A stretch of DNA of 64,000 bases from Thermodesulfobacteriota bacterium (GTDB lineage Bacteria; Desulfobacterota; Desulfarculia; JACQYL01): the NCBI GenBank assembly GCA_963675595.2, contig CAXXLZ010000003.1, positions 160,001-224,000 of the forward strand, in the 5' to 3' direction. Shown here piece after piece: positions 18,914 to 29,413 of the stretch; position 1 is the stretch's first letter; the number at the start of each line of letters is the position of its first letter. The translations under genes were made by a program, and so were the position numbers. The notes beneath the pieces were generated by a model that worked only from the letters and a program-made list of their open reading frames with translations, made no database searches and had not been told where the DNA came from.

Positions 18914-21085
18914 CTATTCCTCCGGCGCCGTGGACCAACGCACCTTGATTCTGGTTCCTTCACCCGGCCCCGACTCAATGCGCAGATCACCACCGGAATC
19001 TTTACTCCGTTCTCTCATGCTGGCCAAGCCGATTCCGGGGCGGGCCGCTTCCTCCGAATCAATGTTGCTCGGATCGAAGCCCGTGCCGTCATCACGAATC
19101 TCCAGCTCCAAGGCATCGGTCTCTTTGCGAAGCGCCACAAGCACTGAGGTTGCGTTGCTGTGGATTCCGATGTTGTTCAATGCTTCCTGTACGATACGGA
19201 AGATGACCAGCTTGAGCTGCTCGGGTATCTCGTTTTCGTTGATGGTGGTCACCCGTCGAACTTCGACGGCTGGGTGCCTCATCCGGAACTCCCGGCAGCA
19301 CCATGAAACCGCGGCAAGCACGCCGAGGTCGTCCAGCACCGCCGGCCTCAATTCCGTGATGATCCCGTCCAATTCTTCGATGGAGCTCCGTACGGAGTCC
19401 ACGACCACCTGAAGTATTTCCAATGCGGGGGAGCCTTCCTCGATTTGGCTCATACTGTTTTCCGCCAATATCTTTATCGAAGCCAAGGACTGACAGGTAC
19501 TGTCATGAAGCTTTTCGGCGATCTTCTTGTTCGCCTCTTCCTGCACCGCCAGAATTTTGGAGGAAAGGAGTCGGAGCGCTTGCCGTGATCTCTCCAAGGA
19601 GTCTTCCGTATCCATATGCTCAATGATCTCGTTCCTCAGTTGCTCGTTGAGACTGGCGAGCTCGGCGGTGCGCTCTCGAACCCTCACTTCCATGTCTTCG
19701 TATCCTTCCCGGAGAAGTTCTTCGTCTCTTTTTCGTGACGTGATGTCTCTCCAGGCAATGATTCCACCGGTGATCCGTCCCTCTTGATTTCGGATGGGGC
19801 CTGAATTGCACAGAACGATTACTCCGGTTCCGTCCGATCGATTGAGAACGCGTTCCTCGCCCACAATGACCTCTCCGTTGCCTATGGCGCGTTCCAGCGG
19901 TTGCGTCTTCAGCTCTCGGCGATTCCGGGCTTCTGCGGGAGCAAGGTTCCACAAGGTTTCGGAGGCCTCCACCGTGGAGTCGACTCCATCCCCGTTGGAG
20001 ATCATGGCGTTTCCAAATTTACTGATCATCCGAATTCGTCGGTCATCGGCGTCGGCGATGGCGATGCCTTCAGGCACATGTTCCATAAGCGCTTCAAGGA
20101 TGCGTTTGGCTTCCTCGGCTTCCTCGGCTCTTTGCTCGGCACGGATCCGTATGTGGATGTGCTCCAGCCGCAGCGCGGCAACCGAAGCCAACTGGATCAG
20201 CAGGGATTCGTCCTCCGCGGTGAAATCGCGGCCGGCTTTGTCCGAAACCATGATCAGACCATCCGCGACTCCGTGCCTGTGAGAAAGGGGAACGGCCAGC
20301 AAGCCGCTTAGAGGCAGGTGATCTTCGGGGATTCCGCGCCAGGAAACGTGTTCTCTCAGTTCTTTGTCCGTGAGTCGAAGAGCTTGATTTCGTCCGACGA
20401 CTTCCAGATAGACGCCGCCTCGTTCTTTGTCGAACAGCCCACGCTCCGGACAAGGTGGAAGATCGGAGGATTTCGATACCGACCCAACGTAAAATTCTCC
20501 TTGCGCGAATCCGTGTCCCGCGATGCCCATTCGGGCCCCCGTAATTTTACGAGCCGCCTCGACCAGACGATCCAGCACGCCCTGAACGGTTGTTTGGGCA
20601 ACCACATCGGCGGAGAAGCGCACCACGGACGCCAGACCGTCCAAGTGAAGCCGTCGGTCGGATTCCAATTGCTCCAAAGTCGCCAGCATTTCGCGTTGTG
20701 CAAACACTTTGGATACAATGGAAGGCAGCAGTTCGAGATAGCCTCCGTCTTTGTCCCTGATCACGCATTCGCAGGCACCGAGAGCAAGCGCTCGGGCGGC
20801 AACGGGCTCTCTGCCCGCGTCAACGAGAAGAATGAAAGGCAAAAAGGGGCGACCTGCGACGGACTTGAGCAATTCGAGCCATGAGTCGTCGGAGGAGCAT
20901 TCCGTAGCGATGACGATGTCGAAACGATTTGTTCCGGAGCGAACCAGGTCTAATGCCGGCCGGCCAAGCGAGCACTCGGTCACGCGAAAATCGTTCGGGC
21001 GGTCCAGGGACTGCCGAAGTGCAGCATCCTCCTGTGCTTCTTTCGTCGCAAGCAGGATTCTCGCCTTAACGGTCAAATCACCCAT
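18914..21085 (-). CDS. Cytoplasmic histidine kinase: pseudo-receiver-GAF-PAS-HisKA_3-HATPase
   Basis: LHDSTCQ H-box, QEALNN, DDGTGF, GIGL; receiver lacks acidic residues; start uncertain. Confidence 0.88.
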   Translation of the reverse strand: MGDLTVKARILLATKEAQEDAALRQSLDRPNDFRVTECSLGRPALDLVRSGTNRFDIVIATECSSDDSWLELLKSVAGRPFLPFILLVDAGREPVAARALALGACECVIRDKDGGYLELLPSIVSKVFAQREMLATLEQLESDRRLHLDGLASVVRFSADVVAQTTVQGVLDRLVEAARKITGARMGIAGHGFAQGEFYVGSVSKSSDLPPCPERGLFDKERGGVYLEVVGRNQALRLTDKELREHVSWRGIPEDHLPLSGLLAVPLSHRHGVADGLIMVSDKAGRDFTAEDESLLIQLASVAALRLEHIHIRIRAEQRAEEAEEAKRILEALMEHVPEGIAIADADDRRIRMISKFGNAMISNGDGVDSTVEASETLWNLAPAEARNRRELKTQPLERAIGNGEVIVGEERVLNRSDGTGVIVLCNSGPIRNQEGRITGGIIAWRDITSRKRDEELLREGYEDMEVRVRERTAELASLNEQLRNEIIEHMDTEDSLERSRQALRLLSSKILAVQEEANKKIAEKLHDSTCQSLASIKILAENSMSQIEEGSPALEILQVVVDSVRSSIEELDGIITELRPAVLDDLGVLAAVSWCCREFRMRHPAVEVRRVTTINENEIPEQLKLVIFRIVQEALNNIGIHSNATSVLVALRKETDALELEIRDDGTGFDPSNIDSEEAARPGIGLASMRERSKDSGGDLRIESGPGEGTRIKVRWSTAPEE

Positions 21086-21441
21086 AAAATCGAAACCATT
21101 TTGAATTCCTTGCCGGGATGTGGCCTCGTTTCGAAACTGCGAGTATTTCCCCTCCGTTGGATGAACACGACCCGCCGGATCAGCATCGGACAAATCCGGC
21201 TTATGTCGTCCCGAGATGACTTGAAGAACGCCGGTGCGTTAGGAGTTTAGGCAAGCGCAAAGGTTTTTTGAATCAGGTATTCAGGGGATGTTTTCTCCGA
21301 GAACACTCTAGGGGGTCAAAGTGGAAACAGCGAGGTCCCCAAATGCCTCGCCCACGGCGCAATAGGGCAAGCGCTCTTTTCGACGGGCCTTGGTGGGCCC
21401 AATCGTCTTCCTGCTGCGCCGCGCAGCCTGATCCACCAACG

Positions 21442-22002
21442 TCAATGGAACAGGATTCCGTGGACGTAACCGCCAAGTCCCAGAAAGGGAAGAGTCCACA
21501 GCAGCTGAATGGGCCATGCGATGAGAAAGTAGTACTTGAGGGGAACTCCGCTCAGTGGGAGTATGTAATTTTTTGCAGTGTAGGGCAACCCTGGGAGTGC
21601 GGTGAAAAACAGAGTGAACAGCGCGGCTTTTCGATTGGGGATGGTGGGAAGCGAATATTCCCAACGGTCCAACAGCTTCTCCAATAACGGCCGCATTACG
21701 GAGTGGGCCAACAGGTAGGAGACTCCCATGTGGAAGATGACGGCGCCCCCCATGAGCAGCAATCCGTTCAGGGGTGCGAACTTGATGGCGGCGAGCACGA
21801 TGAAGAGGCTGATCGGAAATCCCACGAGGGGCAGGATTGCCAATAGGACGAGGAACAGGGCGGGGGGCGTATTCTCGTTGATCATGCCGATCAAGGTCTG
21901 GATTGTTTCATACTTCCATACGAAATAGCAGAACGCTCCAAACAACGCGAAGGTGACCAAGTATCTCCAGCGAAGGAACAAAGATCGAATAGGGATTTTC
22001 AT
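21442..22002 (-). CDS. TVP38/VTT (DedA superfamily) membrane protein
   Basis: Hydrophobic; LPLVGFP and PGLPYTAKNY motifs. Confidence 0.8.
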   Translation of the reverse strand: MKIPIRSLFLRWRYLVTFALFGAFCYFVWKYETIQTLIGMINENTPPALFLVLLAILPLVGFPISLFIVLAAIKFAPLNGLLLMGGAVIFHMGVSYLLAHSVMRPLLEKLLDRWEYSLPTIPNRKAALFTLFFTALPGLPYTAKNYILPLSGVPLKYYFLIAWPIQLLWTLPFLGLGGYVHGILFH

Positions 22003-22294
22003 GCCTTGTATGTTTCCATGAGCCCGTTGAGCATGCAATTGAGTTATCCTCCAACAGGAGGGCGGTCCGGGGAATTTCGGCTGTTATTTATTGATTATTC
22101 CCGGCACGAGCGCAGGAGTCAAACGCACCGGTTCCGGTGGAGGATACTCTGTGGATTTACCCGCAAGGGCGATACTTCACCCTTGTCGGATCGTGGCATG
22201 TATATACGAACTTCCGACTGCGGAGATGAGTTTCGTCCGGGTCGTTCCGCCGAGAGAGTCTTCCGGGAAAGCGTAAGAATAGGAGGAATGTCTG

Positions 22295-22849
22295 ATGGAA
22301 CTCACCCGAATCGCCACAGAAATCCGCACCTGCACCCATTGTCCGCTTCACCTGGATCGAACCAACGCCGTACCGGGTGAGGGACCTTTATCCGCAAGGC
22401 TCATCATGATCGGAGAGGCGCCCGGCAAGAATGAGGACCTCTCGGGAAGGCCTTTCGTGGGAAGATCCGGCGGGACACTTAATGAAATCCTCGGGAAGGC
22501 GGGCTTGAATCGAAACGACATCTTCATCACGAGCGTCGTCAAATGTCGGCCTCCTTTGAATCGGAAGCCTCGTAAGGGAGAGGTTCGGACTTGCGTTGAT
22601 CTCTTTGCAAGGCGTCAAATCGAAATTGTTGATCCCGAGATCGTCTGTCTGTTGGGCGGAACGGCTAGTGAGACCTTTTTGGGTACGGCAAAGATTTCTC
22701 TTAACCACGGCCGGAAATTTACGAGGGATGGGCGGGTTTATATCCCCACCTATCATCCGGCCGCCGCACTTCGCAGCAAGAAATGGTACAGTATGCTTCT
22801 CGGCGACATGAAGGCCCTTCAAAACATCATGGCATGCAAGGGCATTTGA
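22295..22849 (+). CDS. Uracil-DNA glycosylase family 4 (Fe-S)
   Basis: CxxC, GEAPG, PFVG, KCRPP, YHPAA. Confidence 0.93.
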   Translation: MELTRIATEIRTCTHCPLHLDRTNAVPGEGPLSARLIMIGEAPGKNEDLSGRPFVGRSGGTLNEILGKAGLNRNDIFITSVVKCRPPLNRKPRKGEVRTCVDLFARRQIEIVDPEIVCLLGGTASETFLGTAKISLNHGRKFTRDGRVYIPTYHPAAALRSKKWYSMLLGDMKALQNIMACKGI

Positions 22850-23198
22850 AATATAGCAATAGGTCAAATGAGGCGGACAGGTGGGGACCTCCAATTTTTT
22901 CCGGACGAATTGAGTGGGTTCTTATAGATAAGAGTATTCGTGAATGCTTTTTAGAGTCATCCCGGACTATTTATGCGCCTTGCTTTTTTTCGGATGCCAT
23001 TGACTTCGCCGGCCCTTCGGGCTACCCTGATTGCCTACTAAGCCCTTTGGGCACAACAGGTGTGACGGTACCGGGTTGCCGGCCGTCGGAAAAGGTTCGG
23101 CGAGGAAGCTCTGAATGCCCGGTAATACAAAACGACTTTTTCCCATTGAGTCCGCATCAGCCTTGTTTCCGGACCCAAGCGTGGAATCGGAAAACTGT

Positions 23199-23789
23199 GT
23201 GTACGATACCATCAAAACAGTCATGGAATCCCGCAGGAGTGTTCGGGACTATAGCGACCGTCCGGTTCCCAAGGACCTGATTGAGAGCCTGATTCGACTT
23301 GCCAATTGGGCGCCTTCTCCTGAGAATTCTCAGAACCGAAGGATCGTCGTGGTTCGGAATGCCGATACCCTTGCGCGGATCAAAGAGCTGTTGAACCGAG
23401 CGTTCGAGAAGAAGATTTATGAACGGCTTTCCAGAGCCTTCGATCGCAACCCTAAGGCGGTGGATCGAGCGAGGGGCTTTTTCTCAACCCTCGGAGGTGC
23501 TCCGGTAATGCTTTTCGCCTTCGCCGTTCCTTCAGGCCACGGCGAACGAATCGATATTCAATCGGTGGCCGCCTGGGTCCAGAATTTCTTGTTGGCGGTT
23601 CACGCGGCCGGATTGGCCGCCTGCTGGTTCGCGGGGATTCTTTACTGTGAGGAAGAAATCCGTGGGTTGTTGGAGGTGGATCCCGACATGCTTCTGACCA
23701 CGGGAATCACACTGGGCTATTCTGGAAAACAGAATCATTACGTGCCGCGGCGCAGGGAGTTTGCCGACACGTTGCGTTGGATTGACTGA
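23199..23789 (+). CDS. Nitroreductase family protein
   Basis: RRSVR, APSPENSQ, QNFLL..GLAACW, LGY; start uncertain. Confidence 0.9.
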   Translation: MYDTIKTVMESRRSVRDYSDRPVPKDLIESLIRLANWAPSPENSQNRRIVVVRNADTLARIKELLNRAFEKKIYERLSRAFDRNPKAVDRARGFFSTLGGAPVMLFAFAVPSGHGERIDIQSVAAWVQNFLLAVHAAGLAACWFAGILYCEEEIRGLLEVDPDMLLTTGITLGYSGKQNHYVPRRREFADTLRWID

Positions 23790-23828
23790 CGGGAATTTTT
23801 CCCGGTTGAGGCGGGGGCCGGTTTAGCG

Positions 23829-24782
23829 GTGCTGACAGCGATTCGGGTGTTGATCCTCGTCTGCGTACTTGCGGGACAGTCGGCATGGTCGCAGGCTTAC
23901 GAATATCGTCTTGAATATTCTCGGGAAGGTTCGGAATCTCCCAAAACGGTGATCGGTTTTCTTCAGTCGCACCGAGTGGCCGAAGATGAAACCTTGCTGG
24001 ACATCGCCAGGGACTACGGCCTGGGGTACAATGAGATGGAAATTCTCTACCCCGACCTGGATCCTTGGATTCCGAAGACCGGGCTGGAGTTGACCATACC
24101 GACGAGATGGGTGCTTCCACGGACCGGGCATTTCGGAGTGGTGATCAACCTGCCCGAGTTGAGGCTGTACCGATTCTTCCCCAAAGCCGGGGTTGTGAAA
24201 ACTTATCCCATCGGCATCGGGGACATTAACTGGGAGACTCCTCTGGGAGTCTATCGAGTGGTGGAGCGCCGCGTGAAACCTACGTGGCGTGTACCCCTCT
24301 CGATTCAGAAGGAGGTGGGGAAAAAGACTGTTCCGCCGGGACCCGAGAACCCTCTGGGCTCACACTGGCTGGGGCTTTCCACTCCGGGATATGGGATACA
24401 TGGGACGAATTTTCCTTGGGGTGTGGGTCGGTTGGTCAGTCACGGATGCATCCGCTTATATCCCGAACACATTGTACGTTTTTTTGAAGAAACACCGGTG
24501 GGAACACCTGTGGAGATCGTCTATGAACCCGTCAAATTCGGTATCGACAAGTTCGAACTCTACATGGAGGTTCATCCGGATCCTTACGGCAGAATAGACA
24601 ACCTGAGAGACTGGACCATTGAGAGGTTACGCCGACTGGAATTGGTTCAATGCCTTTTGATGGACGAAGTTGATGAGGCATTGCGGAGAAGAGACGGCGT
24701 GCCTGTAGTCGTGGGAATTGTGAAACGCGGGGTCGGATCGGAACAACAGAACCGGCGGCGGATGCCCGCCGCAAGCAGATAG
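23829..24782 (+). CDS. L,D-transpeptidase (ErfK/YbiS type, LysM-like N-terminus)
   Basis: Signal peptide; TLLDIAR, INLPELRLY, PPGPENPLG, IHGT, SHGCIRL. Confidence 0.93.
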   Translation: MLTAIRVLILVCVLAGQSAWSQAYEYRLEYSREGSESPKTVIGFLQSHRVAEDETLLDIARDYGLGYNEMEILYPDLDPWIPKTGLELTIPTRWVLPRTGHFGVVINLPELRLYRFFPKAGVVKTYPIGIGDINWETPLGVYRVVERRVKPTWRVPLSIQKEVGKKTVPPGPENPLGSHWLGLSTPGYGIHGTNFPWGVGRLVSHGCIRLYPEHIVRFFEETPVGTPVEIVYEPVKFGIDKFELYMEVHPDPYGRIDNLRDWTIERLRRLELVQCLLMDEVDEALRRRDGVPVVVGIVKRGVGSEQQNRRRMPAASR

Positions 24783-24822
24783 CGTTTTTCGTTTTTAACC
24801 AGAGAAAGAAGGAGGAGTCCAG

Positions 24823-25161
24823 ATGAAGATCGGAACAAGTGCAAGAATCGTACTGATCCTTTCGGTATTGTCGCTGTTCGGATTGAGTATGGTCGGGTGT
24901 GCCACATCTCCCGATGAGATGACCATGGAACAGAAGGTACAACAGGCCATGGACAATTCGGATAAGGCCATGATGCAGTCTCAGAGCGCTCAGGAGGCCG
25001 CGGCCGGTGCGGCCAAAGCTGCCGAGGAGGCTGCGATGAAGGCTGAAGAAGCGGCTACAAAGGCGCAGGAGGCGGCAAGCAAAGCACAAATGGCCGCCGA
25101 GAATGCCGATAACATGGCTCGAAAGAGTGAAGCCGTTTTCAAGAAAGGCATGAAAAAGTAG
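24823..25161 (+). CDS. Lpp/OprI-like alanine-zipper lipoprotein
   Basis: Lipobox MVGC; Ala-rich heptads; ends in KKGMKK. Confidence 0.88.
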   Translation: MKIGTSARIVLILSVLSLFGLSMVGCATSPDEMTMEQKVQQAMDNSDKAMMQSQSAQEAAAGAAKAAEEAAMKAEEAATKAQEAASKAQMAAENADNMARKSEAVFKKGMKK

Positions 25162-25188
25162 TACTGAGCCGATCATGACGTTGATTAT

Positions 25189-25225
25189 AGAGGCGGGACG
25201 GTACAAGGTACCTCCCGCCTCTTTC
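25189..25225 (+). terminator. Intrinsic terminator
   Basis: AGAGGCGGGA-C-GGTAC-AAG-GTACC-TCCCGCCTCT-TT. Confidence 0.75.
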
Positions 25226-25650
25226 GCATTCGACCCAATGAACGAAAAAGTTCGTCTGCTCAATCTGCCTTTGGGAGTCAAAACGTGTGTAACGTGTTTC
25301 CCCGGCACCCGGCGGCGACGTTTCGCTCCCAGCCGAACCTGACCCGCACAGGGATGGGGTATCGATCAGGGGGAGTCCGTTTTCAGAGTGGGGCATGGTT
25401 CGGATGGACCTTTCCTCATCACTTCTTCCCTACAGCAGGCCGCCGATGACCCAAGTGCCCGGCACGACGCGGCACGGCTTCAAACCGGTTTCCCGGATTC
25501 ATACATATTCCGTCTCCACCTTCTCCTTGCAAAGGTCGTTCCAATAGTGAGCGTTCGGCGACCGTCAAAGCCAGCCCTGCACATCGGAAAAAAGGTCCAT
25601 CAGGTGGATTCGGCCGGCTGTTTCCGGTTTTCATTGTCGGGAAACCGTGG

Positions 25651-26106
25651 TTAGGTAACACGGTATTTCTTCAATGTACGATCCATTTCACGCTTTTCCG
25701 CTCTTCGCTTCAGCTCCTCCCTCTTGTCATGCACTCTTCTGCCTTTGGCCAGAGCTATTTCCACCTTTATCTTATTGTTTTTGAAATATATCTTTAATGG
25801 AACAACGGTGAATCCCTTTTGTTGTACTTTGCCTACCAGGCGTTTAAGCTCTCTTTTGTGCAGTAACAACCTGCGCACTCTCTCCGGGTCATGGTTGTCA
25901 TAGTGGGCAAAAGGATAAGCGCTTATATGAACTCCGTGGAGAAAGGCTTCTTCATTTTCGAGTTTGACATGGCCGTCTTTGAGATTCACCTTGCCCAATC
26001 GGACGGACTTCACCTCGGTGCCCTTTAAGGACACCCCTGCTTCCAGGGTCTCTTCGATCTCATAGTCCATCCTGGCTTTTTTGTTTTGGCCGACCAACTT
26101 ATAAAT
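25651..26106 (-). CDS. smpB: SsrA-binding protein SmpB
   Basis: [32 protein letters not shown]; start ambiguous (ATT 26106, TTG 26097 or ATG 26136/26133). Confidence 0.96.
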   Translation of the reverse strand: MYKLVGQNKKARMDYEIEETLEAGVSLKGTEVKSVRLGKVNLKDGHVKLENEEAFLHGVHISAYPFAHYDNHDPERVRRLLLHKRELKRLVGKVQQKGFTVVPLKIYFKNNKIKVEIALAKGRRVHDKREELKRRAEKREMDRTLKKYRVT

Positions 26107-26438
26107 AGCGGACCTCCTTGTAAAGTCTGGCATCATGGCGGGAGTCGTTATGAACCACCGGCCGGAATAGGGAGAGGGTCGACTTTTTGTTCCCTTCCCT
26201 TCGACGGATGCCGGCTTGCCGTCTCCGCGACACTCCCAGCATGCACATGGAAGATACATATTCTCGGAGTCCACAATAGCACAAATTTCTTTACCTGGAT
26301 ACCTTCCCCATGGCGGGCCCCGGTTGGCTTATCAGACAATTATTGATGCCGTGAAGGTTGACTCCATACAAGGAATGATTACCTAAAGGATAATTCCGGC
26401 GGCCCCGTGCGGCGGAAAGCAGCGGAGAACGCTTTTTG

Positions 26439-26463
26439 TTTGTGATGGAGGATGCGCCCATCT
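26439..26463 (+). promoter_or_regulatory. Possible sigma-32-type promoter for grpE-dnaK
   Basis: TTTGTG...GCCCATCT, partial match to CTTGAA/CCCCATNT. Confidence 0.3.
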
Positions 26464-26523
26464 TATTGTTTTTGTTTATGAATAAGCCCAAGAATCTAGG
26501 GGTGCCGAAAGTGGAGTCTTGAC

Positions 26524-27147
26524 GTGTCGAATCCGATCAGGATCGAGGTGAAGGACATGGAAGCGGATGGTTACAGTGATATTCCTACGGAGAAACAAAT
26601 GAGCGGCCGGGAAGCCGATTTAACAAGGCCCGAGTTCGAGGGCGACGAGCAGGACGAAACAACGTTCGATGAAGAGACGGAAGCGGGGACCGAGTCCCGG
26701 GAGGACCTTAGGCGGACGATTGAGGAGATGAAAGACCGGTGGTTGCGCTCACAGGCGGAGTTTGAGAACTTTAAGAAACGCCTGGAGAGGGAGAAGCAGG
26801 AGTTCTGTAAGTTCGCCAACGAGTCCGTCATCAAAGATTTGCTGCCCACATTGGACAACCTGGATAGAGCGATGGAACACGTGGGCGAAGAAAACGGTAA
26901 CGATGCCCTGCGTGACGGGCTTGAACTCACACGAACAGGGCTGATGAATGTGCTGAAGAAGAACGGTCTCGAACCCATTGTGGCGGTGGGTGAGAAATTC
27001 GACCCCAATTTTCACGAAGCCGTCATGCAACAAGAAAGTGCGGAACACGATGAGAACGTAGTTCTTGAAGAAATACAGAAAGGGTATTTGCTTCACGGCA
27101 GATTGGTAAGGCCGTCCATCGTGGTCATATCCAAGACGCCCGCATAG
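26524..27147 (+). CDS. grpE: Nucleotide exchange factor GrpE
   Basis: AEFENFKKR, LLPTLDNLDRA, FDPNFHEAV, KGY.L..RLVRPS. Confidence 0.96.
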   Translation: MSNPIRIEVKDMEADGYSDIPTEKQMSGREADLTRPEFEGDEQDETTFDEETEAGTESREDLRRTIEEMKDRWLRSQAEFENFKKRLEREKQEFCKFANESVIKDLLPTLDNLDRAMEHVGEENGNDALRDGLELTRTGLMNVLKKNGLEPIVAVGEKFDPNFHEAVMQQESAEHDENVVLEEIQKGYLLHGRLVRPSIVVISKTPA

Positions 27148-27243
27148 ACATTGGGGTTGAAATAAGAGCTGAGCAAACCGGGGCACCATTCGGCACCATT
27201 CTATAGATTGGAATCGAAAGGGAATAAGGAGGGAACAGGACCT

Positions 27244-29157
27244 ATGGGAAAAATCATTGGAATCGATCTGGGGACGACGAACTCTTGTGTTGCGATCATG
27301 GAAGGTGGGGACCCCAAGGTCATCGCGAACATAGAGGGCAGCCGAACCACGCCTTCGATCGTCGCATTTACCGATTCCGGCGAAAGACTGGTCGGCCAAT
27401 CCGCCAAGCGACAGGCCATAACCAATCCGGATAACACGGTATTCGCGGTCAAACGATTGATCGGAAGAAGGTTCGAGGACCCCGTAGTTCAAAAGGACGT
27501 CAAGAACCTTCCCTATAAGATTGTGAAGGCCTCTAACGGGGACGCCCATATCGATATTAAGGGCAAAGGGTACAGTCCCGCGGAAATTTCCTCGATGGTA
27601 CTGACTAAGATGAAGCAGACCGCGGAGGAATATCTGGGCGAAAAGGTAACGGAAGCCGTAATCACGGTTCCTGCCTATTTTAACGACAGCCAGCGCCAGG
27701 CGACCAAGGACGCCGGTCGTATCGCGGGCCTGGATGTCAAGAGAATCATCAACGAACCGACTGCGGCATCCTTGGCTTACGGCCTGGACAAGAAGCGCGA
27801 CGAGACGATTGCGGTCTTCGACCTGGGTGGTGGGACTTTCGATATATCCGTCCTCGAACTGGGCGACGGAGTTTTCGAAGTAAAAGCCACCAATGGGGAT
27901 ACCCACTTGGGTGGTGAAGACTTCGACCTGAGGATCATCGACCATCTTGCCTCAGAGTTCATGAAGGATCAGGGTATCGATTTACGGAAGGACAAAATGG
28001 CTCTGCAGCGCCTCAAGGAAGCCGCAGAGAAGGCCAAGATGGAGCTTTCGACTTCGATGGAAACCGACATCAATCTTCCGTTCATCACGGCGGATGCGTC
28101 GGGTCCGAAGCACATGAACATTAAGTTGAGCAGAGCGAAACTTGAGGTGCTTGTCGAGGATTTGATTGAGAAGATGGTCGGTCCGGTACAGACCGCCCTC
28201 AAGGATGCAGGCGTCAAGACCGGTGACATTCAAGAAGTCGTGCTCGTGGGCGGAATGACCCGTATGCCCAAAGTGCAGCAGAAGGTAAAGGAGCTGTTCG
28301 GCAAAGAACCTCATAAGGGAGTCAACCCCGATGAGGTGGTGGCCATCGGTGCTGCGATTCAAGCCGGCGTGCTCGGTGGAGAGGTGAAGGACGTTCTCTT
28401 GCTGGACGTCACGCCCCTCTCTCTTGGAATCGAAACCCTCGGTGGGGTTTTCACCAAGCTCATCGAGAAGAATACGACCATCCCCACTCGGAAGAGCCAG
28501 ATTTTCTCGACCGCAGCGGACAACCAGCCCGCCGTGAGCATACATGTGCTCCAAGGGGAGCGCGAAATGGCCACGCATAACAAAACGCTGGGACGTTTCG
28601 AGCTTGTGGGGATTCCTGCCGCCCCCCGCGGCGTGCCCCAAATCGAGGTGACTTTCGACATCGACGCCAATGGAATTGTAAATGTTTCCGCCAAGGACCT
28701 GGGAACCGGCAAGGAACAATCCATTCGCATTACGGCTTCGAGCGGATTGTCCGAGGACGAAATTCAGGGACTTGTCAAGGACGCGGAATTGCACGCGGAA
28801 GAAGACCGTAAGGCCAAAGATCTGGCCGAGGCGCGAAACAACGCGGACTCCCTGATCTACACGACCGAAAAATCCATGAAGGATCTCGGGGATAAACTCG
28901 ACGAGGCCACCAAGAGCAACATTGAAGGCGTTATCCAACGCCTCAAGACCGCCATGGAAGGGACGGACGTCGACGCCATCAAGCAAACGTCCGAGGAGTT
29001 GATGCAGGCTTCTCATAAGCTGGCGGAACAAATCTACGCCCAGAGTACACAGCAATCCGGCGGCGGTCCCGAAGGCGGCCAGGACGCAGGGGGCAGGCCC
29101 GAGTCCGGAGGAGGCGACGAGGACGTGGTGGACGCGGACTTCGAAGAAGTCAAGTAA
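27244..29157 (+). CDS. dnaK: Chaperone DnaK
   Basis: [28 protein letters not shown]. Confidence 0.99.
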   Translation: MGKIIGIDLGTTNSCVAIMEGGDPKVIANIEGSRTTPSIVAFTDSGERLVGQSAKRQAITNPDNTVFAVKRLIGRRFEDPVVQKDVKNLPYKIVKASNGDAHIDIKGKGYSPAEISSMVLTKMKQTAEEYLGEKVTEAVITVPAYFNDSQRQATKDAGRIAGLDVKRIINEPTAASLAYGLDKKRDETIAVFDLGGGTFDISVLELGDGVFEVKATNGDTHLGGEDFDLRIIDHLASEFMKDQGIDLRKDKMALQRLKEAAEKAKMELSTSMETDINLPFITADASGPKHMNIKLSRAKLEVLVEDLIEKMVGPVQTALKDAGVKTGDIQEVVLVGGMTRMPKVQQKVKELFGKEPHKGVNPDEVVAIGAAIQAGVLGGEVKDVLLLDVTPLSLGIETLGGVFTKLIEKNTTIPTRKSQIFSTAADNQPAVSIHVLQGEREMATHNKTLGRFELVGIPAAPRGVPQIEVTFDIDANGIVNVSAKDLGTGKEQSIRITASSGLSEDEIQGLVKDAELHAEEDRKAKDLAEARNNADSLIYTTEKSMKDLGDKLDEATKSNIEGVIQRLKTAMEGTDVDAIKQTSEELMQASHKLAEQIYAQSTQQSGGGPEGGQDAGGRPESGGGDEDVVDADFEEVK

Positions 29158-29413
29158 TCCGCCTTTTCTCCAAAGGCAATGGAGGCGCAAACGTTCTTCA
29201 TTCGCCTTTGGCCTACACGTCGAGGTTGTGATAGAATCCCCCCGTATTTCACTTCGAAACGCGGGTGGGATTCTTTTTTGAGGAGAAGGAATCCGTGAAC
29301 CGGACCTTGGACCTCGAAAACCGCTCTTCTCAAACCCGCGATGGTTCTTCTCATCCTTTTTGAAGCTTGTGAAGCCACGTAGGCTCCGAGCAGGTCTTGT
29401 CCCGGCTATGATC

